A stretch of DNA of 64,000 nt, from assembly GCF_018350175.1 (NCBI RefSeq), contig NC_058368.1:174842001-174906000 (forward strand), in the 5' to 3' direction. The DNA comes from Felis catus. Its lineage: Eukaryota. The notes under the pieces are model-generated. The model searched no databases and had not been told where the DNA came from. It saw only the letters and a program-made list of their open reading frames with translations. The first letter of the stretch is position 1, and every line of letters starts with the position of its first letter. Below are positions 41,281 through 52,854 of the stretch, one piece after another. A program made the position numbers and the translations under genes.

Positions 41281-41560
41281 GGGGCGCGCCGGGAGCCGTG
41301 CCTTTCCTCCAAGGGGAAGTGGGAGACTCGGCTCAGCCAATCCGCGCCGGCTCTGGCGCTGACGCCACAGACGCTCGCGTCTGATTGGCTCTCCAGGAAG
41401 AGGCTGGGGCCTTTTTTTTTTTTTTTTCCTGTTTGAAATAAATTAGGAGTTAATTACAGGAGCAGTCAGCAGAGTTGTTATTAGGCGATCCCTCAAGGGT
41501 TATAATCACGCCAAAACTGAAAAGTCCATGGCGTAATTAAGGCCGATTATTTAAAGAGGA
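41281..41560 (-). promoter_or_regulatory. MSX2 proximal promoter (no canonical TATA seen, two CCAAT boxes, TAAT cluster)
   Basis: CCAAT 41337-41341 and ATTGG 41384-41388; homeodomain cores at 41441-41446, 41451-41456, 41479-41484, 41503-41508, 41534-41539; GC-rich near the TSS. Confidence 0.8.
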
Positions 41561-44500
41561 AGTTCGCCGAGTCCCATTTCTTCTCTCTTTTGACCCCTTT
41601 TTAAAAAGGCACCTCGCGCCCATACCACTTTCCCCAACCCCCACCGCCAGAACGAGTTTCAAATCTCCAACTCACACTGCAAAAACATTTGTGAAGCTCC
41701 TACTACGCGTGGAAACCGGGCTAACTTTACAATTTTAGGAGACAACACTGAAAGCAGGGGCCAGCATCCTTGCTAAAGGAAATTATACATACATGGCGCT
41801 TCTAAGAGTATCTTGCTATTGGCAAATGCTCTACAGCGAAAGCTGTTACTGTGACTCCCCTGGCAGAAGGGACATGGGGAGCCCGAAAGATGGTCAGGAG
41901 CTGGTTTTCCAAATAGTTGGAAATTTTAAAGCCGTGGTCCCCATCTCTTCCACTTGAGACAAACCCAGCGCACTCTTAGAAACTGTAATCCGCGCGTTTT
42001 CTTTCCCTTGAATCTCTTCTCTGGGCGACACCCGGATCCGACCTTTTCCCCAAGACTATGTGTATTGTGTGTTCGTGCGTTTGTTTGAGCCTATGTTTGT
42101 CATGTGTTTTGGTGCCAGTGTTTGCCTTCAAGGGGGAGGAGGAAGGAAAAGGCGCTGATAGTACCTAGTCCTTCCCCTTCCTCTTGCAAATCTCAGAAAT
42201 ACTAGGTTCTGAGTTTGCACACCCCAGGCCTGTGTACATTTTTGAGAAGCACATTTTTTATTCATTGCACCTGGTTAAAAAAAAAAAAGCGTATATATCC
42301 CCACCCAGCCCCAAATTATACCCTGGGTAATTACATCTCAAAGCCTTAGTGATGACTGTACCAGCCCTGGGACAGGGGAGAGGGAGTTTAGAGGGCGCAG
42401 AGGCCTCGGATCCCTCTGCAGGCCACCGGCCCAAGACCGAAGAGCTTCCAATGACCCTCTCCAAGCTGCAGTTGCTCCCCCCTATATCTCAAGGATTACC
42501 CGGGAGTGACGAGATAAATAGAAATCTTCCAGCTCAGGGCCTGTACACAACAGATGCTTGCTAAACAGTTCCCAGCGTCTTGCAAGGAAGGGACATTGTT
42601 TTTAATTACTGAAATGATCAAGGCTTGGAGGCTATCTCCCAGTTCAAGAATCTTAGAGATGTGACCCCCCCCCCCAAACCCATGTCTCTGAGGCACTGCT
42701 GTCTTCACCCTAAACATCTGCCTGGAGTGAAACTGTGCTGGCTGAGGATGTCCTGAATAGGCATGATCTGAATCTTAGGGAGGCACAAACAGTCTGCCCT
42801 GGTCAATTAATTCAGTCCGACTAGACCATTAGAAATGTTCTGAAAAAGTTAAAAAGTAAAGGAGTCCTAACCACAGTCTTCTAAAACATCTGGGTCCCTC
42901 TCCCACCAAGCACATCCTGTCACCACCCCCCAACAAATTGGAAGCTCAGAGAACGTTTTTTAAAAAATTAAACTATCTGGAGATGTATGCATTTTCCCCT
43001 TGAGTCATACTTGATGATAGTTGGCTTGATATGCATCTCAAATACAATACAGGTAAATCCAGATTAAGTTCTGTGCCTTCTAGAGGTACCCAGCAAGGTG
43101 CAGGCTATATATTTTGGAAGCAAACCTGAAATTCGTTTAGCCCTAAGCTGCCAAAGTGTACAAAAGGGTTCCAGCTTTCAGTTGGGCTGTACTCAGGCAC
43201 TGTTTTATAATTGTTCCTGAAAACACACTGTTCATATTTGTTAATTTAGGGGCATACAGGCTCGTTCCTGGGAAAAATTTAAAAGTCAATACTACGAGAA
43301 CTCTTTTAATGAACTTTTCTAGGACAGGAGAAGCCGGGTTCCCCTCACCACTTTCAGGTCCTGATGTCCAGACAGGGAAAGAAAATTATGAAGCTAGGAA
43401 GAGGAAAATAGTAGAGACAAAACAAGATAACTGGTGTTCAAAACCAGGATGCCAAGCTCTGGCCATCAAATGAGCAGGACAGATGCCCAGAGGGCAACCA
43501 GCCGGCTCACCTTGTCTTCTCCCTGCTGGGGTGGGGAAAGGGGCTCACTTCTGCTGGTAAAAAGGTAGAACCTCAACAGAACCCTAGCCCTTTACCGAAA
43601 GCCCCTTCTGTGCATTGGCTGAACATTTTATTCACCTCTTCCTGGCCGCCGGGAACTTGGGCGCATTACTTTGCCTCTCTCAACCTGCTTTTTGATTTCC
43701 AAAATGAAGGATAATAATCCTTACCTGGGATGGCTGTAATAGTGATTAAATTAAATAGGCTACAGAACGTAACCTGAAGGTATAGGGTATCAATACAAAA
43801 TATTATATATCAAAAGCAGTAGCAATTTATCGAATGCTTTCTCTCTGCTAGATACCCGAATTGAGGCTCATCGCCAGCCTTCACGGAGTTCACGACAGGT
43901 TCTTTGTAAAATCTCCGGGGCTGAGAATTTTGCGCAGCCTTAAAGGTGTCGTTTAGGTGTAGTCCCTTGGTGGAGGGCTGCCTTTGGCGCTTAGGGGACA
44001 TTTAGTAAAGGTTAGCTCCCGGGGACACTGACGTGACTGCAGTATTTGTAGGCGGGAAAGTGGGGTTTCAAAGGGAACACAGCACGAAGAGTCAACTCTG
44101 CAGGATAGTTTACTACCTGTCCTCCAGGATCTCATTCGTTTCTTCCTACACACTGCTCCGGGCGGAGATCATTTCCCCCATTTTACGGGGAAAAGACCAA
44201 GGCTGGGAAGAACCAACTATGCTACCCGAAGTCACGCAGGTTGGAAGGGGAGGACCCGGGGATCCCCACGCGCAGCCCTGGGCCCTATACACAGACCTCA
44301 CCCTTCCAAGCTCCTGCGCTCCCCGGGGGACTTAGCACGTTTAGGAACCCTGAGAGGAGCCGCCGCGCACGCGCACCGCGGGTCCCAGGGCAAAAAACGC
44401 TACTTGCAAACTGTGGTGGACGACGCGCGGACCCTTGCGTTTGCAACGCCCAGAACCGATCGCTGGATCCCGGCGGCTAGGAGGAGGCGGGGGAGGGGCG

Positions 44501-44639
44501 GAGGAGGGGGCTGTAGACGGGCCAGGGCTGCGGGCAGGCGCCAGGCGCGGGGAGATGAAAGGCGGGCTCCAGGGGAAGGGGCTGCGCCGGGTGACCGGCT
44601 CCAGCCGCGCCGGGCGCCCCGCCCCCGCCCCGCCCCGCC

Positions 44640-44700
44640 CCCGCTGCCCCGGGCAGAGGCGGCTGCCCGCGCCGGAGCCGCGTTAATTGCTCTCGGCCCC
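44640..44700 (-). promoter_or_regulatory. Probable orthologue of the Msx2 BMP-responsive element (homeodomain TTAATT plus GC-rich Smad1/5 sites)
   Basis: TTAATT 44683-44688 embedded in GCCG/GGCGC-rich sequence ~3.4 kb upstream of the TSS; position and composition fit the mouse Msx2 BMPRE as I recall it. Confidence 0.7.
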
Positions 44701-44722
44701 GGCACTCAGCCTGCGCGGAGCC

Positions 44723-44804
44723 GGGACAACCTCGCTCCAGGAGGAATGACAATTCGCCCTAATGGGACAACCTCGCTCCCAGAGGAGTGACAATTCCTCC
44801 TAAT
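44723..44804. repeat. 41-bp tandem duplication (36/41 identical)
   Basis: Units 44723-44763 and 44764-44804. Confidence 0.93.
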
Positions 44805-46849
44805 GGGCCTCTCGTTAGCGGCCTATTCTCCCGAACCCGGTATCAGAAGCGGGCAGACACGCGGGCGCCAATGTCCGCCTGGAAATTCCACAACACAGCT
44901 CCCCCATCACGCCCCCCCCCCCAATCATTCCCTGTGTGACCTCGAGGAAAAGGCTACTCCTCTCTGAGCTTTTTTTTCTTACCTGTGCCCTGAGAAGTAG
45001 GAATGAGGGCAATCCGACCTTAGCGGGGTGGGCATACTTCCAGGCATTTAAGAGATCATTTTCAGAGTTACAGAGCTGGCAGCTGGGGGCGGGGGTGGGG
45101 CGGGGAGAGTGGCATTCGGGGTTGCTGCTTGAGGTTGTCCGAGGGGGACGAATCCCATGCTTCTGAAGTTCTAGACGCTCAAACCGGGCGAGCTACGGCC
45201 CCTGCCCGCTGAGATCACAACCTGAGCCCCCGTGGGCATGGGAGAGCAGGGTCCTTTGCCAGAGCGCTCTGCGGATTGCACAAGTCTGCCTGAAGCCTGA
45301 ACTTTCATTAGCTTCCCATTTTACAGATGAAGAAGTCGAGGCGTAGACAGGAGAGAAGCTGGCCCGAGATCTCCGCTGGGACAGGTCCAATCTGACAAGG
45401 TACCCTGGAAGAAGCCCACAGCAAGGATGTCCTCCACGTGGGAGGGGAAGGTCCCACACTCCAGAGAGGGATGGGCCAGTTTCTGGAGACCTCCCGTTGC
45501 TCTTCGTCCCCGCAGGTCCCAGGGCTGGAAAAGGGGAGGGAGCTAGGAGTTCCAGTCCTTCTCGAGTTGTATATTCAAATCCAGGCCCTGCTTTTGCCAT
45601 CCTTCTGGACCTCAGTAACCTCCTTCAGAAGCAGGCTACTAGTGCCCAGCTTACAAGGTTGCTGGTGAGGACTAGATGAGAAGGCTTACCAGAAAAACAC
45701 GTAGCACAGAGTGTGGCTGCATTAGGTCCCACACTCACAACAAGTGGTTTGCAGCCGTCCCATCCCCAGCGTCCTGGAGACGCCCTGGCTTTAAACAGGG
45801 TTGAGCCCCGTATTTCTCAGGGGACAGTGGATAAATCCCTTCTTCTCCTGGGCTTCCTCTTCGGTACTCTGGAAATGTCCAACATTGAGTAAGTGTCCGA
45901 TGTTATTGTTTCTTAAATCATTACTGATACGTTTACCTCCTTCTCAATAGATCTGCCTGGCATCACGCACACGTGGGGGGCCAGTGACCCAACACTGGAT
46001 GATCTGAGGCATGACTCCCTGAAAGAGAGAGTTCCAGGAAGCTGGGTGGCTGCCGGCCTACGGAACCAGTCTAGCCATCCAGGATGGGACCCAGGGATCC
46101 TGCCCTGCCATTCACAAATCTCTGCCCACCTACCCCTTCTCGGTTTGCCCATCTTTAAAACCAGAAAAACCACCCATACTGGGCTGGGCTGAGGTGAGGT
46201 TAGAACCAGGGTTCAGTGACTGTCAGCTCTCTCTTATTCCTCAAGGAACCCTATGATGTAGGGGGCCCTGATGGCTCCCTAAGGAGGAGAAAATTGAACC
46301 TTAAGTCTTGATAAGAGTTTCTCACCACTAGTAAATACCAGGGTTTTGCTGATTTTAAAATTTATGTATTTTGCCTGAGGCAGAGGTTGCTGTAAAGGTG
46401 GGAGGGGAGGCATTTGGAACTGCTCACAGCAATGATTTCCATTTTCTTCCACCTTGACAGATGGGGGGCGTTGAGTCCGGGATGGGCTAAATAACCAGCA
46501 AGGGGACACAGCAAGGGCACCCTGGATGGTGGATTCCCAAATAGTTACACAGGAATCTCCCATCTCTCTTATTTGGTGGCTTCCGAATTGTTTCCACCAA
46601 CTGGGCCTGGGGGATGAGGGGAAGAGGAAATGTGGGGAGTTGTTTAACGGAGATAATGACATATATATTTTTCATTAAGGAAGACAGAATCGCTTTCAAT
46701 TGTTCCACCCCTAGTCGCCCGGTGGGGTATAAGCAAGGTTTGCTTTACCTGTATGACGAAGACAATTTGTTGGTCGTTTCTGGAAGGGAAGGGGGTTGGG
46801 ACACTGGAGCTGGGCCCCAGACCTGTGTCAGTCTTGGGAGGGGGCTGCA

Positions 46850-47500
46850 GGTCACCACGGGCAGGAGGACCCTTGCGGACCGCTGGGGGGTGGGTGACAA
46901 ACTGCGGTCCGGCTGTAGGCGTGGCAAAGAGCATTCGAGTCGGGGACCTCACTTGCCCCTCAGGACTGCACTGGGGTGCGGACGTTCCGCGATCTCTCCG
47001 AATCCCTCTCGGCCTCCGCCCTTGAAGTCGCACACCCCATTTCATTGAAGGCGCGACTGCAGCTCAGAGAGGCGCGGCCACGAAAGGAGTCGGGCTGGAT
47101 GGCGCTTCGCGGCCCCGGAGCCGCCTCGGGGACCCTCTGATGCAGACACCCGGCCTCCTGGATCCACGGAGGTCTGATGTCAGAGTCCCTGCGATAGGAA
47201 CTGTGTACAGCGCCCGGAAGAGCCCCTAGCACAGCGAAGGGCTCAATAAACACCACCAGCTGACTAAACGCAAAGCCCAGCAATCAAAGTGGCGGAAAAC
47301 TTTGGGCCGCTCACGCCACTGACTCTCGGAAGGTACCGCTTTCCCCAAGTGACTTGGAGCGAACCTTGACTTGTGACGAGCGGTCTCTGCGTCTTGACAA
47401 TCGGGGTTAATGTTGGATTCGTGTAAGAGGGGGCAGAGTTTTTGATTGCCTGCAAAGAAAAATAGCGCTCATTCTACCCGGCGCCGGGAACTCACCAGAC
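46850..47500. promoter_or_regulatory. Weaker CpG island ~6 kb upstream of MSX2
   Basis: Elevated CpG density by inspection. Confidence 0.55.
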
Positions 47501-47920
47501 TTTGAGTTAACCCTCGCACTCCCCAGTAAATAGCTGCCCATTTCACAAGGGCTGGGGAGGCTGTCTCCGGGCCAAGGTCCCGCAGCAACTAAGTGACCCA
47601 GTCAGCATTTGACCCCAGGTGAAACTGACTCTTGACCCCAGGTGAAACTGACTCCAAACCCGAATTGGTTTCCCTTTATTTGTCTCCAGATTGCATTTCT
47701 CTTGTCCCTGGCCCGACCCAGGGAGCCACTCAGCATCACGCTGTTATCTTCACCTGCTCCCTTTAGTAATAGCTTGATTTTGTTGCATTTCCCGGATTTT
47801 ATAGAACAGGAGTGTGTTTACACAATAGGAAAAGCATACCTGAATGTATCCTCAAACTGAGTTTGAGTTTCTCTTCCTTCTAATAATAGTAGTTCACGCT
47901 TAATTAAAAATTTTTTTGAT

Positions 47921-48148
47921 ATTTATTTTTTTTTAATTTTTTTTTCAACGTTTATTTATTTTTGGGACAGAGAGAGACAGAGCATGAACAGGGGAGGGGC
48001 AGAGAGAGAGGGAGACACAGAATGGGAAACAGGCTCCAGGCTCTGAGCCATCAGCCCAGAGCCCGACGCGGGGCTCGAACTCACGGACCTCGAGATCGTG
48101 ACCCGGCTGAAGTCGGACGCTTAACCGACTGCGCCACCCAGGCGCCCC
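47921..48148 (-). mobile_element. Can-SINE, young subfamily (inner element of a nested pair)
   Basis: Full body, flanked by TGATATTTATTT. Confidence 0.92.
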
Positions 48149-48151
48149 TGA

Positions 48152-48371
48152 TATTTATTTATTTTTGAGAGGGAGAGAGAGAGAGGCTGTGAGTGAGGCG
48201 TAGAGAGAGAGGGAGACACAGAATCCAAAGCAGGCTCCAGACGCAGTGCTGTCAGGACAGAGCCGGACAGGGGCTCGGACCCATGAACCATGAGATCATG
48301 ACCTGACCTGAGCGAAGCTGGAGGTTTCACTGACTGAGCCACACCCTGACTGAGCCACACCCAGGTGCCCC
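48152..48371 (-). mobile_element. Older Can-SINE with 16-bp head duplication
   Basis: TGACTGAGCCACACCC x2 at 48331-48362; outer TSD GTAGTT(CAC/GAT)GCTTA. Confidence 0.85.
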
Positions 48372-48649
48372 GGTAGTTGATGCTTATTGAACACTTACTA
48401 TATGCGAGACCCTGTACTCAGCACAAGACAGGAACAAACTCACTGAATCCTCACTAGAACTGTAACTAGTAGCTAGTATTTTCATCTTTACCTTGTGGGG
48501 AAACCCGGTTCTCAGGCATGGAAAATCTAGAAAAATAGGATTTATTTTTTTTTAATTATGTTATTTAAAAAGAGGTCATTCTCTCCCTATCCTCTACCCC
48601 CCTCCAAACCTAACAAATAATAGCCACCGCCATTTAAATAGGAAAAATA

Positions 48650-48886
48650 ATTTTTTTTAACTTTTTAAAAAAAATTTTTTTTTAACGTTTATTTATTTTT
48701 GAGACAGAGAGAGACAGAGTATGAATGGGGGAGGGTCAGAGAGAGGGGGAGACACAGAATCCGAAGCAGGCTCCAGGCTCTGAGCGGTCAGCACAGAGCC
48801 CGACGCGGGGCTCGAACTCACGGACCGCGAGATCATGACCTGAGCCGAAGTCGGCCGCTTAACCGACTGAGCCACCCAGGCGCCCC
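48650..48886 (-). mobile_element. Can-SINE
   Basis: Full body, TSD GGAAAAATAATTTT. Confidence 0.92.
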
Positions 48887-51469
48887 GGAAAAATAATTTT
48901 ATTAGATCCGCAAACTTTAAATACGGTTAGGCCTCCCTCTGCTCATAACTTTAACAGCCTGTGTGTCCTGTAGCTTTTGGTAAAATTGGCCCTTTTCTCG
49001 TTTTTCACCTTTCCCACGGGGGCTCTTTGCAGTCTCTGTGGGGAGGACAGGAGAGTGAAGGGACAGGCCCCTGACCACAGCCACGAAGCAAGGATTCTTG
49101 TGTCCCTCACTTGCGGGGTGACTGTGCAGGTCCCTTCCCTCTCAGGGTCCCCGGCTTTCCTCATGGGCAAAATGAGGGGGGTACGGTTAATTTCCTGTCC
49201 CTCCTGCTTCTGTGGCTTTCTGATGAGGGAGTGAGTGAGTAAAAAGCTCAGTCTGCTCTTAGTTCTGTCTACCCCCAGGCTGAGTGAGGTCTCCAGGAAA
49301 GTAGAGACATAGAATGGAAAGATCACAGGAGGCCGGGAGGAAGGGGGGGGTCGGGCCGGTGGGGGGGGAGAACGCTGTTGGAACCCCGATTTTATCCTGG
49401 ACCAGCTGTGTGTCCTGGGACATTCTCCCACTGTTCTAAGAGCCTCCTGCTCCCTGTCTGAAAACTGGGGCTAACGATCCCCATCTCAGGGAGTTAGGAG
49501 GAGTACACGGGCTCCCGGATGTAAAATTCGAAGAGAGGTTAGATCTGCACGCTCCCCCTGTGCTGGTTGCCTGTGTGAGAAAGGAAAGTACCTGAATCAG
49601 AAGAGGGGCCTAGGAGGAAACCCTGTGGATCATTGTTAATGATATAGTCAGAGCTAACACTGCTGGTGAGGACACTTGCAAAGAGGCTTATGAAATTATG
49701 CTTGCGAAGAGTCCTCAGGGCCTGCGGGCAGCACAAGGAAGCTTTGCCAACTGGTGGCATAGCCCTGCTCAGGGAGAAGATTTGAGGGGTCTCTGGACCC
49801 AGCACGAAGTGGCGTCTAGGCACATGACAAGAAACGTTTTCCCTTTTCCGGGATCTGTTCGCCTTCCCGTTAGACTCCGGAGCCCGTCTTGGCACAACTT
49901 TAACACCTCGACAACGATGCCTCACGTCCTGTGGACCAAGCGCAAGGCTGCGATCTTCGGGAGGCAGCAGCCGTGTAGTTGGAAAAAAACAACACGATCA
50001 TGTTGCCTCCACTCTACTTATTTTCGGAGTCAACCCCTCTCTGGTCCATGCTAGCTAGTACTGTGACATAAATTTCCCTTTAGAAGGCCTGTTGTGTGTG
50101 TTTGTTTGGCTTGAAAACAAGTTTCTTTAAAGTTAAACATTAATTAAAGAATACCACTGTTGGTGCTGGGATAAGGCCAACAATCATAATGATTGTTCTT
50201 CGACAAGGGAACAATCATGTAGGTGGATGCCTGAAATTTGCGTTAACACTGATTTACAGGGGGGAATACTGCATTTCCAACAGCCTAAAATCTGGTTGGA
50301 ATCCTGTTCCACCTCTTCCTAGCTGGATGGCCTTGGGCGACTTACTTACCCTCTCTGGACCTTGGATTCCTTATCTGTAAAGCTATGGGGATAGTGATCA
50401 TTCCGATCTTCTAGGGTTGCAGGAAGAATCGACCACAGAGATAGTAAATGGAGGACCACACCGCATTGGAAGCAAGGGGTTGTTGGTATCATTAGTAAAC
50501 AATAGATAGGAGAATTTGGTCAAAACACTGACTTATTCCCCCTGCATCAGGCTCTCTGCTAGCTTAATAGTAATTGTAAAAGAGGACAATTTTTTGAAAG
50601 CGGGAGTTCTGTTTAGTTCTGTTTTGAAAGCGGGAGTTCTGTTGACCCTGTTCAATCAGCGCACTGTCACTTCCCTAGAGGACACTTTCAGAATCTTCAT
50701 AGAACATCACGATCTTCTGTAGGCAAAATTAAGACACCTGTAACTTGCAAATGGGGCAGAAAATGTTTTCACTTGTCCTTTTCAAAAATGATTAAACACA
50801 TTGCCTAATCTGCCCTTTTCTACTGCCTTTCAACCTTCCTCCCTATTCTATTCCCTTCCTCCCTTCCTCCCTTCATTTCTCCTCCTTTCCCTCAGGTGGT
50901 TTTTCCTCAGTGTTACTCCTGGAAAACAAATGCCCATCGGTCCTGCCCTCAAGAGTCCCCCCACTCCAGCGGGAAGACAGCTTATCAAGTACCCCATTAC
51001 CTGCCCTCCACCCCATGTGTCAAAGGACTGCCCCAAAGCCAGCCCTGGCTTGCAGAACTCTCTCCCTTCACTCTCATGGTGTCACCTGAATACAGTTCAT
51101 GACACAGCTGAACAACATTTACAAACCAGGAAACTTTCCGTAGAAGTCTGGAATCGTGGCGTCTCTACATCAGTCTGTAGGTAAGAGGCCCCAGGTGTGT
51201 TCTCTTTAGATGGGACATGTGGCCCAAAGACGGGCTACAATGGAACATGGGCCCCGAAGGTACAGGGCATGTATCGGATGGTGGGATGCCCAGAGGGAGA
51301 CTGACCATTCAACCTTGGGGAGAAGGAGAAGGCTGTTGGAGGAGACGCATTTGCACTGAGCAGAGAAGGGTTTGCCGGGTTGTGAAGGGGAGCTAGTCGC
51401 TAGCAAAGGAGGCTGTAGGAGACAAGAGATAAGAATTGAAATGACCCGGTCTGTGTCAAGAGAGTAGCT

Positions 51470-51702
51470 GGGGCGCCTGGGTGGCGCAGTCGGTTAAGCG
51501 TCCGACTTCAGCCAGGTCATGATCTCGCGGTCCGTGAGTTCAAGCCCCGCGTCAGGCTCTGGGCTGATGGCTCAGAGCCTGGAGCCTGTTTCCGATTCTG
51601 TGTCTCCTTCTCTCTCTGCCCCTCCCCCGTTCATGCTCTGTCTCTCTCTGTCCCAAAAATAAAAACAAACGCTGAAAAAAAAAAAATTAAAAAAAAAAAA
51701 AA
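51470..51702 (+). mobile_element. Can-SINE, young subfamily
   Basis: Full body, TSD AAGAGAGTAG. Confidence 0.93.
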
Positions 51703-52025
51703 GAGAGTAGGGAGGAAGTGGGGGGCACACAGGCTGGGGGGAAAGGTGATGGAGTGGAGAGCCAGAACCCTGAGGGCAGCAGTGGGACCCTGAAGGGTCT
51801 TTCTTGCTTTCCTTTCTTTGCTTTCTGTCACCTTTTATTAAATTCTCTTAGAATTTCAAAAGCAATAGACATTCACCATAACCAATGAAACAAGCATGAA
51901 TAATCTCCTCGGTTCTCTTCCCTTAATGTAACTAGGATGAGCAATTTCATGTGAATCCTTGGATATTCCTTATTATGTATAAATACAAAACAGCAAATAT
52001 AAATACAGAAAGGCAGAAATTGACA

Positions 52026-52030
<5 letters not shown>

Positions 52031-52066
<36 letters not shown>
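52031..52066. repeat. (TG)n microsatellite
   Basis: Perfect dinucleotide run. Confidence 0.95.
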
Positions 52067-52067
<1 letters not shown>

Positions 52068-52269
52068 CTCTATCATTCTATCTCTCTCTCCATCACTTGC
52101 TTTCTGGTCACATGCTCTTCCGACCAGGTCAGCCAGGTGCCCCGCTACCAAAAAGTCTTGAAAAAAAAAAATCCTTGCAACCTTTCAGACTCACACTCTT
52201 ATTTTAAAGGTTTAATTTCTAAAGCTGATATTCCTGGAGCCAACTAGGTATATTTCTTTCTTTGTTTCT

Positions 52270-52495
52270 TTAAAAAAAATTTTTTTTAAACGTTTATTTA
52301 TTATTGAGAGACAGAGAGACACAGAGCGTGAGCAGAGGAGGGGCAGAGAGAGGCGGAGACACAGACTCCGAAGCAGGCTCCAGGCTCCGAGCGGTCAGCC
52401 CAGAGCCCGACGTGGGGCTCGAACTCACGCCCTGTGACATCATGACCTGAGCCGGAAGTTGGTCGCCCAACCGACTGAGCCACCCAGGCGCCCCC
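52270..52495 (-). mobile_element. Can-SINE
   Basis: Full body in reverse orientation. Confidence 0.9.
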
Positions 52496-52587
52496 AGCTA
52501 GGTGTACTTCTAATCTGAACAGCTATCGCCAGATTATTTCTTATTTATATTTTTTTGTTTTTTGTGTGTTTTTTTAAATGAGGGATT

Positions 52588-52607
52588 TATTTGTTTGTTT
52601 GTTTTGT

Positions 52608-52646
<39 letters not shown>

Positions 52647-52695
52647 TAGCGAGTGGTGGTGCACAGTGTGCATGTGCACGTGGTGGGCAGAGGGG

Positions 52696-52733
<38 letters not shown>

Positions 52734-52854
52734 CTCAAGCATCTCCATGCTCAGCTCGGAGCCTGACGTGGGGCTCAATCCCACAACCTGGGATCATGAC
52801 CCAGGCTGCAATCAAGAGTTAGATGCTCAACTGACTGAGGCACCCAGGCGCCCC
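52588..52854 (-). mobile_element. Older Can-SINE with (TTTA)n tail
   Basis: Diverged SINEC body, (GA)n, flanked by CCAGATTATTT. Confidence 0.8.

Larger units (their letters stand above)
44250..44920. promoter_or_regulatory. Upstream CpG island containing the putative BMPRE and GC boxes
   Basis: CpG-dense; tandem CCCGCC (Sp/KLF) boxes at ~44617-44645. Confidence 0.8.

Noticed and set aside
44723..44807. Repeat-spacer (CRISPR-like) reading of the short tandem repeats
   Set aside because: Only 2-4 contiguous units without unique spacers, no cas genes, mammalian context.
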